This document shows, piece by piece, positions 18,660 through 28,334 of a stretch of 64,000 nt of DNA. The notes beneath the pieces were generated by a model. It saw only the letters and a program-made list of their open reading frames with translations, made no database searches and was not told the DNA's origin. The first letter of the stretch is position 1; every line of letters begins with the position of its first letter. Both the position numbers and the translations under genes were made by a program. Source of the stretch: an uncultured bacterium (lineage in GTDB: Bacteria; Fidelibacterota; JAANXI01); contig CAYPST010000001.1 in the NCBI GenBank assembly GCA_964413425.1, positions 25,942 through 89,941 on the forward strand, in the 5' to 3' direction.

Positions 18660-19649
18660 CTACTTTCTCACAATTATTATTTCCACCCGCTGGGGGTTGG
18701 CGTTCCGCCACTGCAACACATCCGGCGGTGTGTTAATAACTGGAACATAGTAATTCTGTTTCGGGTTCCACTGTCTGGAATAATCTATATACACTTCGAT
18801 ATCGGAAGGCTCCAGATTATAAATATATTGCGATCCCCCTTCCACAGTGAGCGAAATAGTCGATGGAGCCGTATTCGCTGTCAGCCGGCTGGGGACATTC
18901 CGCACCTCCACCGGAATATCGGTGATGCGGCGCTCACTGATCGTCTGGACATCCGCGTAGAATTTGACCTGCCGAACGGAGCTCTGAAACAGCACCGGAT
19001 TCGGTATATGAACACTCGCAGTCCCTTCCACGAATCCATCGGCTTCCTGAATGAGCACCTCTTTGGTGCGGACCGCATCGATTCCGGCCAATTTCCCGGC
19101 TGGCCCCTGCAATTCCAGGCTGTCCGGGATAATGCGTATCTCCCCCACCAAGGTATACCCCGGGCTCGTCTCCACCTGAATATCGGGAATAATCGGGAGG
19201 TGTTTGAACCCCAGCTCATCCAGCTCCAACCGGATGATCTCCGGTTGGACCACACTCACTAATTCCAGGTTCAATCCGCGGGGTAATATGATGTTATCCG
19301 GATGCGCATCAATATATTCCGGCAGCCGGAATTCGTGGGATTCCTCCGCCATGCGGGCATCCAACCGGAGCGACATATCAGAATACGACCGGGTGATCAT
19401 TGTCTTCAGATAGGTAATCCCCGTGCCCCGGAACCTGGCTTTCACCACCGGCGGAGTCTCATTGGCAATAGTCATTTCATTGGGAACATTGACAATCCGG
19501 AGCGGCAGGTCGACCTGGTATACGTAATTATTGGAGATCACCACATACAGCCACATGACAATAGCCAGTACCAGCGCACCGAACTTGACTGCCGCATCAA
19601 CTTTGAAGAATCGTTTGACTGCTTCCCAGACTTTTTCCAGCAACTCCAA
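18660..19649 (-). CDS. YbbR-like domain-containing protein
   Basis: 329 aa; N-terminal TM helix then repeated YbbR-like beta domains; no diadenylate cyclase gene adjacent in the window. Confidence 0.6.
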   Translation of the reverse strand: MELLEKVWEAVKRFFKVDAAVKFGALVLAIVMWLYVVISNNYVYQVDLPLRIVNVPNEMTIANETPPVVKARFRGTGITYLKTMITRSYSDMSLRLDARMAEESHEFRLPEYIDAHPDNIILPRGLNLELVSVVQPEIIRLELDELGFKHLPIIPDIQVETSPGYTLVGEIRIIPDSLELQGPAGKLAGIDAVRTKEVLIQEADGFVEGTASVHIPNPVLFQSSVRQVKFYADVQTISERRITDIPVEVRNVPSRLTANTAPSTISLTVEGGSQYIYNLEPSDIEVYIDYSRQWNPKQNYYVPVINTPPDVLQWRNANPQRVEIIIVRK

Positions 19650-19785
19650 GGATGATGCTCCTTAACACTACTCTGAGGGGGAAGGCCAGAGAGACATAAG
19701 ATGGATACGACGAAGAGCGACATCCCATGCCTGTGAAGGTAGAACTTCTATGCAGAAAAACCGGGGGCGAACTCCCGGGTTCGGA

Positions 19786-19986
19786 TTAGCGTTTGAGCGC
19801 TTTTTCGGAAATGGGCTCTCCCCGGCTCACATCACCGTTATCAATCCGTAAATTAAATCCGCACTCCGGATTAATGCATACCCAGGCTTTGTACGGAATA
19901 CTTGCTCCTTCCCGCCCATAATCTGATAAGGGAACAAGTACTCCGGTTTCGCATTTCTGGCAATTCGGGAATTCTTGATGAACCAT
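19786..19986 (-). CDS. small zinc-ribbon protein (hypothetical)
   Basis: 66 aa; CxxC-x24-CxxxC pattern; GAGGAG Shine-Dalgarno about 9 nt upstream of the ATG; sits between rpsA and the YbbR-like gene. Confidence 0.45.
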   Translation of the reverse strand: MVHQEFPNCQKCETGVLVPLSDYGREGASIPYKAWVCINPECGFNLRIDNGDVSRGEPISEKALKR

Positions 19987-20037
19987 GTGCTCTTCTCCTC
20001 ACTGCATCCCAGCTGTTAATCGTTTCTTGCCTTTTTC

Positions 20038-22248
20038 CTATGATTTGTCTTCGTTTTCAGAACTCATCTCTTCTGCTGCCTCGGTGTCCTCTTCATCTTC
20101 GGCCTGAGTTTTCTCCTCTGCCTCACCTTCCTCTTCACCCTCTGCTTCATCTGCGGAGGTCTCGGCTTGCTCCTCTTCCTTGTCGGCTTGCTCGTCGGCA
20201 GCTTGCCTGGTGTCCTTGTCCTGCTTTTCTTTCGCTGTGTCTTCCTGATCCTCGGACTCCGCTTCGGACCGCTCTTCGCCTTCCTTGATCGAGCGTCTGA
20301 CCTCTTCAGGTATTTCGATTTTTTCGGCCGTATCCGACTCCTGCGTCTTCAAGAACATATCCACGTTGTGCCGCTCTTTGTCCTGGATGAATTCATCACG
20401 CGACAGCACCACTTTTTTATCATCTTCATTGATATCAATCACCTTCAACTCCAGCGTATCGCCCACCTGGATATTCCGGGTCAGCTGCTTGCGATCTTGC
20501 TTGGCAATATGCGACAGTGGCACGATCCCTTCCACATCCAGATCCAGGGTAACGATAATGCCCTTGTTCAGGATCCGCTCCACTTTTCCTTCGGTGGTAG
20601 TGCCGATACTATAGCGCTCCTTGATCTGTGGCCACGGATCTTCTTCCACCTGTTTAAGTCCCAGAGATATTTTCCGCTCGTCTTTGGACACGTTCAGCAC
20701 CTTCACCTCCACTTCATCTCCTTTGGAAAGAATCTCCTTGGGATGGCGAATTTTTCTGGTCCAGGACATATCAGACACATGCACCAGCCCGTCGATCCCT
20801 TCTTCCAGTTCCACAAAGGCGCCAAACTGCGTGAGGTTGCGAACAATCCCGGTCACGATGGAGCCCGGTTTGAACCGCTGCTCGATTTCCTCCCAGGGAT
20901 CCGGTTCCAGCTGTTTGACACCCAGCGAAATCTTTTCTTCTTCCGGCTGCATATCCAGCACCTTGACATCAATCTCAGCTCCCAGCGAGAAGACTTCCGA
21001 CGGATGCTTGATATGCTTGACCCAGGAGATTTCGGAGATATGAACCAGGCCTTCAATGCCCTTCTCCAGTTCCACAAACGCCCCGTAATTGGTAATGCTC
21101 ACCACTTTCCCGGAGACTACCGAGCCCACCGGATACTTCTCTTCCACGTTCTCCCAGGGATGAGGTTGCAGTTGTTTAAGCCCCAGCGAAACCCGCTGCC
21201 TCTCCTCCTCATAATCGATCACCATCACATCGATCACGGCTTCCAGGTCAACCACTTCCGAGGGGTGGTTGACGCGTCCCCAGGATAAGTCTGTGATATG
21301 CACCAGGCCATCTATCCCCCCCAGGTCGACAAAGACGCCGAAGTCGGTGATATTTTTCACGCGGCCCTGCAGCACCTGGCCCACTTCGATATCTTTCAGC
21401 AGTTCCCGGCGGCGTTCCTTCAGATTTTCTTCTAACAGCACCTTGCGGGAGAGCACAACATTTTTCCGCGTTTCGTTGATTTTGACGATTTTAAAGTCGA
21501 AGGTCTGCCCCACATAGGCATCAAAATCCTGAATTGGCCGGACATCGATCTGGGATCCCGGCAGGAAGCAATTCACACCGTTCACATCGACCATCATTCC
21601 ACCCTTCACCCGGCGAATGATGGTGCCTTCCACCACCTCATCCTTGGCAGCGGCCTCACTGACTGTCTCCCACTGCTTCATAAAGTCCGCTTTCTTTTTC
21701 GAAAGAATCAGCTGACCTTCCTCATCTTCCAGGATGTCCAGAAATACGTCCACATCACTGCCAACTTCGGGCGCGTCTTCCTCGTCAAATTCTTCAATCG
21801 GGATGATACCTTCGGCCTTGAAACCAATATCGACAACGACCTCCCGCTCGTTTATCGCAATGACCCGACCGCTCGTTATCTGATTTTCTCCAATATCACG
21901 TAAGGTCCCCTCCATGAGTGTCCGAAGTTGCTGCGTCTCCTCATCTTCTTCCTCACGCTCTTCCTCTAATTTGTCCTTGGGCACCGTCCGGATCTCATCC
22001 AACTCCATGATGCCGAAGTCCGGGGGATCCGACTGCCCGTTACTCTCGGATTGTGAGACCGACTCGCTTTCCTCGGATTCCTGCGACGGCACATCCGCCG
22101 CCTGGTCGTCGGTTTCCGTATCTTGTGCATCAGGTGCCGGGTCCTGGGACCCTGACTGCTGTTTATCTTCGTCCACAACTTCGGTAGTCGTCTCCTGTTC
22201 CTGGGATTCGTCATCCCGGGCTTGTTGTTTCTTTTCTTCTTCACTCAT
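20038..22248 (-). CDS. rpsA: 30S ribosomal protein S1 with long acidic N- and C-terminal extensions
   Basis: 736 aa; six tandem S1 (OB-fold) domains; start overlaps the cmk stop (classic cmk-rpsA arrangement); about 115-aa N-terminal and about 110-aa C-terminal D/E-rich low-complexity tails. Confidence 0.9.
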   Translation of the reverse strand: MSEEEKKQQARDDESQEQETTTEVVDEDKQQSGSQDPAPDAQDTETDDQAADVPSQESEESESVSQSESNGQSDPPDFGIMELDEIRTVPKDKLEEEREEEDEETQQLRTLMEGTLRDIGENQITSGRVIAINEREVVVDIGFKAEGIIPIEEFDEEDAPEVGSDVDVFLDILEDEEGQLILSKKKADFMKQWETVSEAAAKDEVVEGTIIRRVKGGMMVDVNGVNCFLPGSQIDVRPIQDFDAYVGQTFDFKIVKINETRKNVVLSRKVLLEENLKERRRELLKDIEVGQVLQGRVKNITDFGVFVDLGGIDGLVHITDLSWGRVNHPSEVVDLEAVIDVMVIDYEEERQRVSLGLKQLQPHPWENVEEKYPVGSVVSGKVVSITNYGAFVELEKGIEGLVHISEISWVKHIKHPSEVFSLGAEIDVKVLDMQPEEEKISLGVKQLEPDPWEEIEQRFKPGSIVTGIVRNLTQFGAFVELEEGIDGLVHVSDMSWTRKIRHPKEILSKGDEVEVKVLNVSKDERKISLGLKQVEEDPWPQIKERYSIGTTTEGKVERILNKGIIVTLDLDVEGIVPLSHIAKQDRKQLTRNIQVGDTLELKVIDINEDDKKVVLSRDEFIQDKERHNVDMFLKTQESDTAEKIEIPEEVRRSIKEGEERSEAESEDQEDTAKEKQDKDTRQAADEQADKEEEQAETSADEAEGEEEGEAEEKTQAEDEEDTEAAEEMSSENEDKS

Positions 22249-22975
22249 GCAGAGTAACCTCCTGTAATTCCTTCTTCTTTACTTGTTCGACGATCATATC
22301 CACCTGCTCTTCGATAGAAAGATTCGTCGTGTCAATCAGGATGGAATCTTTGGCAATCCGGAGCGGTGATTCTTCCCGTTCTGAATCCCGTCGATCCCGA
22401 TCTATCAATTCATGTTTTACCGTTTCCACATCAATCTCAATCCCCTGGTCGAACAGCTGGTGCTGCCGCCGTTCAGCGCGTGTGTCAATATTGGCATCAA
22501 TGTAAAATTTCAACTCCGCATTGGGCAGCACCCGGGTGCCAATATCGCGACCTTCCATCACCACGCCGCCCTCTTCCGCCAGGGATCGCTGCAAATTCAC
22601 CAAAATTGCCCGGACACCGGGAATTTCACTCACTTGCCCTACGGCTTTATCAACTCTGGGTTCCCGAATTTTCTCGGTCACGTTCTTCCCGTTGAGCAAA
22701 ACTTCCAGTTGATCACCCGAGCGGGTGAACTGAATCTGCACCTCTGCCGCTTCTTTCACAATCTGCGACTTGTCTTTGAGGGGAACAGCATTATTCAGGA
22801 TGTGCAGGGTAATGGCGCGATACATTGCACCGGTGTCCACATAGGTGTACCCAAGCCTCTGCGCACTCAGACGAGCAGTAGTACTCTTTCCCGACCCAGA
22901 GGGACCATCAATTGCTATAGTTAGTTTTTTCCTCATTAAGCCTTTGAATTTAGAAGATTCATAAATCGATTGCAA
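22241..22975 (-). CDS. cmk: cytidylate kinase
   Basis: 244 aa; P-loop GPSGSGKST; CMP-kinase motifs. Confidence 0.9.
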   Translation of the reverse strand: MQSIYESSKFKGLMRKKLTIAIDGPSGSGKSTTARLSAQRLGYTYVDTGAMYRAITLHILNNAVPLKDKSQIVKEAAEVQIQFTRSGDQLEVLLNGKNVTEKIREPRVDKAVGQVSEIPGVRAILVNLQRSLAEEGGVVMEGRDIGTRVLPNAELKFYIDANIDTRAERRQHQLFDQGIEIDVETVKHELIDRDRRDSEREESPLRIAKDSILIDTTNLSIEEQVDMIVEQVKKKELQEVTLHE

Positions 22976-23061
22976 ACGCTATTTCTCATTCATATCGATT
23001 TCCGCGGCAAGCCAAGCTGGCCATCACAATACAGTGTCGCCACCGTTACTTCACATCCACC

Positions 23062-24771
23062 CTATTTCATTCGCGCCCCTCCCTCTTCTCTGTCAAGAAT
23101 CCAGCTCACAACCGGTCCCAATTCACTGGGATCCGAATCGAATTCATACTTGCGCCGGTGGTAATATTCGGATGAAAAATTCACCGCCCCATCGCCGTCC
23201 AGTTCTTCCAGCAGCTGGGTGATCCGCTCATGCCACTTCTCCATATTGCTCTTCCGAAGATCCAGCCATCCGTTATCCGCCCAGTAATTCACCCGTTCCG
23301 GTGTTGATTCAAACCTATCCACCCCTTCGAACCGCGGAAAACTCAATACGGGACCACGCATGAATGTGTTCCCTGCCGGGAGCAGAATCCCGGTACCTAT
23401 CGAGAGGATAATCTGCCGTAAGGGATCATCCTGGCGTAATATTTCCAGCATCTCTCTGGAGAGAGTTTCAGGCGAATATTGAGGTATACTCCGAATATCA
23501 CCGGCGATTCGCTTCAATAAATAGATTTCATACAGTAACTTGGTAATCATCGGCGGTCCCAGCAGCTCGAAGGCAATCGATTTGCTCTCATACTCCTCTT
23601 CCAGTTCACGCATTTTCTTAATCGCCGTGTTCCGGAGCGTTCCGCCCCGGTAGGATGGATTCAGCACCGCAGCATCCAGCGCACTGACAATATCCGTGCC
23701 GGTATTCCCCCCTTTAATTTCCATGAGCACCTTGGAGGCAATCTCTTCCGGCGTCACAAATTCCATTAATCCCTCAGCTGTGATCACCGCGAACTCCCCT
23801 GTGGAATAGTACCCGTTTTCCCCGGCATCGATATACACTGACTCTACCACCTGATTGGGCAGTTCCACCCAGTATTTTTCCGGATACCGCTCGAGATAAT
23901 CATCCACCAGATGTGCCCACTCCACCTTACAGTCGTACATGGGGATATAGGTTCCATGCCGGCGAATTTTCCCGTGCCCGATTTCTTTCCAGCCAATAGC
24001 CGCGGCAGGCTTTATCTCCTTGATTATCGGGCCGTCCGGGGTTCGGCCCATGAGAAACAACAGCATGGAATGGGCCCCGGCTACCGAAGATTTGCTCAGC
24101 AGCAGCTTGGAAGGCTTCTCTTCACTGTGGGTGAACGGCACATTCAACCCCATGCCGCCGGTGCCGGTGGTCCCAATTTTCAGATAACACTCGGTCTTAT
24201 ATTCGGCCATGGCCAGATGTAATATTTGAACATGACGAATGAGCTGCGGGATATACTGAGAAGCAATGAGTTGCTCCAGATCTCCCACCAGTTCTGAGGA
24301 ATATTCCTGCGTTCCATCCTGTTCCTTCAATTCATTTCGAATCTCCGCCACCTTCTCAAATAAATTCTGATATGCAAAGGCGGTCGCCGTATTGATACAG
24401 TCGATAATGATGTGCGGCCGAAACGTTCGGATTAACCGGTATAAGTAGGAGGACTCCAGGACATCATCGCTCAGGTCGTCATAGAGGTCTGCAATGAGCA
24501 TCTCCCGCAATTCGGGATCCTCGTACATGTCACCGCGGGGGACATCTTTCATGGACTCCCGGACAAAGATATCGCCCCATTCCCCGGAAATTTTGCTGTT
24601 ATATTTGTCCCCGAGCGGCTGGAGAATCTCCAGAACCTCGTTAATTTCTTCCTGCCGCAGCGAGGTAACCACCAATTCACCGGGAGCCTCGGTCAGCAGT
24701 TGTTTACTGATGGCACGTCCCACCAATCCCCAGCCACCGAATACCATTAATCGCTTTCCCTGGATGTCCAT
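23062..24771 (-). CDS. uncharacterised protein with N-terminal NAD(P)-binding Rossmann-like motif
   Basis: 569 aa; glycine-rich GGWGLVG near the N-terminus, otherwise no motif I can place; embedded in the scpAB-rluB-cmk-rpsA housekeeping operon. Confidence 0.5.
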   Translation of the reverse strand: MDIQGKRLMVFGGWGLVGRAISKQLLTEAPGELVVTSLRQEEINEVLEILQPLGDKYNSKISGEWGDIFVRESMKDVPRGDMYEDPELREMLIADLYDDLSDDVLESSYLYRLIRTFRPHIIIDCINTATAFAYQNLFEKVAEIRNELKEQDGTQEYSSELVGDLEQLIASQYIPQLIRHVQILHLAMAEYKTECYLKIGTTGTGGMGLNVPFTHSEEKPSKLLLSKSSVAGAHSMLLFLMGRTPDGPIIKEIKPAAAIGWKEIGHGKIRRHGTYIPMYDCKVEWAHLVDDYLERYPEKYWVELPNQVVESVYIDAGENGYYSTGEFAVITAEGLMEFVTPEEIASKVLMEIKGGNTGTDIVSALDAAVLNPSYRGGTLRNTAIKKMRELEEEYESKSIAFELLGPPMITKLLYEIYLLKRIAGDIRSIPQYSPETLSREMLEILRQDDPLRQIILSIGTGILLPAGNTFMRGPVLSFPRFEGVDRFESTPERVNYWADNGWLDLRKSNMEKWHERITQLLEELDGDGAVNFSSEYYHRRKYEFDSDPSELGPVVSWILDREEGGARMK

Positions 24772-24772
24772 G

Positions 24773-25522
24773 TCACCCTCCTGCTTTCAGGGATCGAACT
24801 TCTTGCTGAGATAATTTTCTATACTCTCCCGGTGCCAGAGGCTCACACCCGAGTCCGGCAAACCGGCTCCGATGCAGTCGGGTTACGGTACAATTCAACG
24901 CACCAAAAATCCGTTTCACTTCGTGATATCGACCTGCACGCAGGGTAAGGGTCGCGATCCCCTGGTCATCCGATTGTTGTTGCCCCTGTAAAGTCCCCCG
25001 GGCGGGCAGATCTTCGCCAATGTCGACCCCCGCCTTCAGGCGTGCAGCAGCGTCTGCAGGCAGCACTCCCTCATACCAAACCTGATAAGTGCGCGGAACT
25101 TCCTTAGAGGGATGCGTGAGCTGATTGGCCAGGTCCCCATCATCGGTGAGCAGAAGTACTCCGCTGGTATCATAATCTAACCGTCCCACCGGGAAAATGC
25201 GTCGATCAGTGGGGATGAGATCCACCACGGTTTCTCTTCCCCGGGGATCATCGACGGTTGAAATGACGTGCTGAGGTTTATGAAGCACATAGTAAACGAA
25301 GGCGTCCGGGAGCGTAACCGCTTTTCCGTCGACCTCCACTCTATCCTTCCCGGGATCCACCCGGATACCAAATTCAGTGACGGTTTGCCCGTTCACTGTC
25401 ACGCGTTGCTCAGCGATAAGCGAATCCGCTTTTCGGCGGGACGTAACCCCGCACCGGGCGAGATACTTATTGATTCGCACTTTGATTGACAGACTTTCCC
25501 TCATTCGGAAGCGTTTCCACAT
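24773..25522 (-). CDS. rluB: pseudouridine synthase, RsuA/RluB family (S4 domain + catalytic domain)
   Basis: 249 aa; N-terminal S4 RNA-binding domain (RINKYLARCGVTSRRKAD); catalytic Asp motif GRLDYDTSGVLLLT. Confidence 0.85.
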   Translation of the reverse strand: MWKRFRMRESLSIKVRINKYLARCGVTSRRKADSLIAEQRVTVNGQTVTEFGIRVDPGKDRVEVDGKAVTLPDAFVYYVLHKPQHVISTVDDPRGRETVVDLIPTDRRIFPVGRLDYDTSGVLLLTDDGDLANQLTHPSKEVPRTYQVWYEGVLPADAAARLKAGVDIGEDLPARGTLQGQQQSDDQGIATLTLRAGRYHEVKRIFGALNCTVTRLHRSRFAGLGCEPLAPGEYRKLSQQEVRSLKAGG

Positions 25523-26069
25523 GTTCTTCGGCGATATCTTCCGATTGAAGGGTCAGTTGATCTATTTCTTTCAGTTTCGGAAGATCATCGAGACTGTTCA
25601 GGCCGAAATAGCGTAAAAACTCCTCAGAGGTTCCATAGAGCAGGGGACGCCCGGGCTGATCTTCCCGGCCCCTGACCACGATTAAATCCCGCTCCAGAAG
25701 GGTTCGGAGCACAGCATCGCTGTTGACGCCCCGAATCGCATCAATATTCGGGCGGCTGATCGGTTGTTTATAGGCAATGATGGACAGCGTTTCCAGCGCT
25801 GCCTGGGATAAACGCATCCGGCTGGAACCGACATATAACTTTTTGACAAACGGTTCGAATTCTTTATGGGTGACCAACTGATAGCCACCGGCTACCTGAA
25901 TGATGGTAAATGCACGATCGGTTTTGCCGTAATGGGTGTTTAACTCTTCGATAATCTCTGCAACAGGAATAGCCTCATCCGTATCGACACATTCCTTAAT
26001 CCTGGCTGCTGTGAGTGGTTTATCCGAGGAAAATAACAGGGCTTCTACAATTTGTCGGAGATAATCCAT
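25467..26069 (-). CDS. scpB: segregation and condensation protein B
   Basis: 200 aa; tandem winged-helix ScpB signature (VEALLFSS..., IIAYKQPISRPNIDAIRGV). Confidence 0.85.
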   Translation of the reverse strand: MDYLRQIVEALLFSSDKPLTAARIKECVDTDEAIPVAEIIEELNTHYGKTDRAFTIIQVAGGYQLVTHKEFEPFVKKLYVGSSRMRLSQAALETLSIIAYKQPISRPNIDAIRGVNSDAVLRTLLERDLIVVRGREDQPGRPLLYGTSEEFLRYFGLNSLDDLPKLKEIDQLTLQSEDIAEEHVETLPNEGKSVNQSANQ

Positions 26070-26088
26070 GCGTTTTCTGCGGTGAGTG

Positions 26089-26823
26089 TTATGCGTGCGC
26101 CTGCTGTTTTCGCCGCTCTACCCGGAAATCACTGAAATTCTCTGACTGGATAACCAGAATCTGCTGCAGTTTGATCAAATCCAGCAAGGCGATGAAGGTG
26201 ACGATGATGGTTAATTTGTCTGAAAGTTCCTGAATCACTTCCGAAAATTTGAACGCCCCGGATTTCTGCAGTTTATTCCTGAGATATTCCTGCTGTTTCC
26301 GAATGTTCACATCGTAGCGCCGGACCCGGTGGACCGGCTGATCTTCGACTGACTGCAGCAGGTGCCGGAAGGTCTTCATCAGGTCATACAATGTGACTTC
26401 GCCGAGCACTTCTTCCGGTTTAATGTCCGTATCAATTCGTGAATAATCCGGCTGTCGGGAATAATACTTCCGTTGCTCCTCTTCCAGCTCTTTGAGTGTG
26501 CCGGCGGTTTCCTTAAACCGTTTGTACTCCAGCAACATTTCCACCAGCTCAGACCGCGGATCCTCATACTCTTCCTCCTCATCATTATCCGCCAGCTGGG
26601 GAAGAAGGGTTCTCGCCTTGATACGCATCAGCGTGGCTGCCATCCGGATATATTCGCCGGCAATCCCGATGTTTAACTGCCGCATGAGATCCAGATAGCC
26701 GAGATACGATTCGGTGATCTTGGAAATAGGAATATCATAGATATCAATCTCATCCCGCTGGATAAAGAAAAGCAGAAGATCCAGGGGGCCTTCAAAAATA
26801 TCTAACTTCACCTGATACGACAT
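26089..26823 (-). CDS. scpA: segregation and condensation protein A
   Basis: ScpA/kleisin N-terminal motif (FEGPLDLLL...I); start assigned to the internal Met MSYQVKLD rather than the longer ORF start at 26919. Confidence 0.8.
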   Translation of the reverse strand: MSYQVKLDIFEGPLDLLLFFIQRDEIDIYDIPISKITESYLGYLDLMRQLNIGIAGEYIRMAATLMRIKARTLLPQLADNDEEEEYEDPRSELVEMLLEYKRFKETAGTLKELEEEQRKYYSRQPDYSRIDTDIKPEEVLGEVTLYDLMKTFRHLLQSVEDQPVHRVRRYDVNIRKQQEYLRNKLQKSGAFKFSEVIQELSDKLTIIVTFIALLDLIKLQQILVIQSENFSDFRVERRKQQAHA

Positions 26824-26875
26824 TGAATAGTATATCCTGTGTATCTTCGGAGATACAATGAAAACTTCTGTGATG

Positions 26876-27394
26876 TTATCCCAGAAAAATATACGGCTTC
26901 CATGACTGGATCGGTTCACCGATATGTTGCTGTAAGAACTGCACGTAGTGTGGTTTTTTCGGTTTTTTCTGCAGGGGCATTTCTGCCTGCTCCGGGGTGC
27001 GATCCCCTTTCACGTTATTACACCGGACACAGGCAGTCACCAGATTTTCCCAGGTATCCTTGCCGCCATGCCGTTTCGGAATCACATGATCCAGGGTCAG
27101 CTGCACATCCTTCTTGCCGCAGTATTGGCATCGGAACCCATCCCGGCGCATAATATTCTTCCGCGACAGGACGATTTCATAGCCCCGGTAATTGATGTAC
27201 CGCTTCACGCGAACAACCGTGGGCAACGGAAATGTTCGATCCACCGTATGAATCACGGCTCCATCGCTTTCAACCATTTCAGCCTTCTGCAAAAACAGCA
27301 TGACCATTGCCCGCTTGACGTCGCAAATTTGCAGCGGTTCATAGTTCTGGTTTAAGACCAAGACCTGCCGATTTAATATGCCATTTCCTTGCAT
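26876..27394 (-). CDS. HNH endonuclease
   Basis: 172 aa; HNH motif with Zn-binding cysteines (CQYCG...LDHVIP...N...CVRCN). Confidence 0.8.
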   Translation of the reverse strand: MQGNGILNRQVLVLNQNYEPLQICDVKRAMVMLFLQKAEMVESDGAVIHTVDRTFPLPTVVRVKRYINYRGYEIVLSRKNIMRRDGFRCQYCGKKDVQLTLDHVIPKRHGGKDTWENLVTACVRCNNVKGDRTPEQAEMPLQKKPKKPHYVQFLQQHIGEPIQSWKPYIFLG

Positions 27395-27396
27395 AA

Positions 27397-28251
27397 CTAA
27401 TCCTGTATCGCCCGATTTGCTCCGGAAAACATCCTATCCAGCCGCTGATGATAATCAGGAGCATTCTGATCGAAAGAATTCACTCGCACCCACCCGGAGC
27501 AATGGATAAACCGGTCGGAATCGTAGGCAATGCCCACATGATCCACCCGATCGTTTTGTGCAAAGAAAACTAAATCCCCGGCTTGAAGTTCCTTCCTTCC
27601 GCGAAGTGCGCGGGTTTGTGCCGCCTGCTGGGCAGCATCTCGGCGGAGGTGAATCCCCTGTAACCAGAACACGGTCTGGACAAATCCCGAACAATCGAAT
27701 CCGAGTGCCGTTTTCCCGCCCCACAAATAGGAAACGCCTAAAAACCGTTCGGCAGTCGAGAGGATCTGCTGCCGGACATTCTCTGCTATCTCTGATCCCT
27801 GCTGCCTCTGCACATATCCCTGTGTCCTGTCCGGCAGAGTCACCATCATCCACTCTTCCTCCGCAATTTCTCCGGGGAGCTCCACACCGGTGCATATCTG
27901 ACGCAAAGGTGTGCTCTCTGTGGAAGGATTCTGATAGACCCACCCGTATGCCTCGCCATACCGAAAAGTCGGCTCCCAATCATCCGGCGGATCCACCACA
28001 GAAAAACGATACAGCCATCCTTCATACTCATCCCACTGGCGTATATAATACCAATCATCCTTGGTTTTGAGTACGGTGAGTTGTTCGCCCAAGATACCCT
28101 GGGTGACAATCGACGAGAGAAATGTGGGTTCGGCGTAGATGCTTGCTACACCAACGTTAATGAACTTCTGCTGGTTTACTCCACGAGCGAAGACTTTTAC
28201 TCCTTTCTTGCTTAATGCAAAATAGATGAAACATCCATTGAAGTCAAGCAT
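27397..28251 (-). CDS. NlpC/P60 (C40) cell-wall peptidase with N-terminal SH3-like domains
   Basis: 284 aa; C-terminal C40 catalytic region (YLWGG...GFDCSGFV with the catalytic Cys, downstream His). Confidence 0.8.
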   Translation of the reverse strand: MLDFNGCFIYFALSKKGVKVFARGVNQQKFINVGVASIYAEPTFLSSIVTQGILGEQLTVLKTKDDWYYIRQWDEYEGWLYRFSVVDPPDDWEPTFRYGEAYGWVYQNPSTESTPLRQICTGVELPGEIAEEEWMMVTLPDRTQGYVQRQQGSEIAENVRQQILSTAERFLGVSYLWGGKTALGFDCSGFVQTVFWLQGIHLRRDAAQQAAQTRALRGRKELQAGDLVFFAQNDRVDHVGIAYDSDRFIHCSGWVRVNSFDQNAPDYHQRLDRMFSGANRAIQD

Positions 28252-28334
28252 AATTAATCCGCTGTTACACGTGTCACCCCATGGTTCCAGGGATTCCAGA
28301 GCCTGTATGATCTACGTCGCCACCCGAGCGCACT

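Noticed and set aside
20167-21288. 373-aa plus-strand ORF (and several other 60-200 aa ORFs) antisense to rpsA
   Set aside because: It lies entirely inside the well-supported S1 gene on the opposite strand. Its composition is low-complexity Leu/Phe/Arg-rich, typical of antisense translation of an acidic-protein gene, and it has no RBS.
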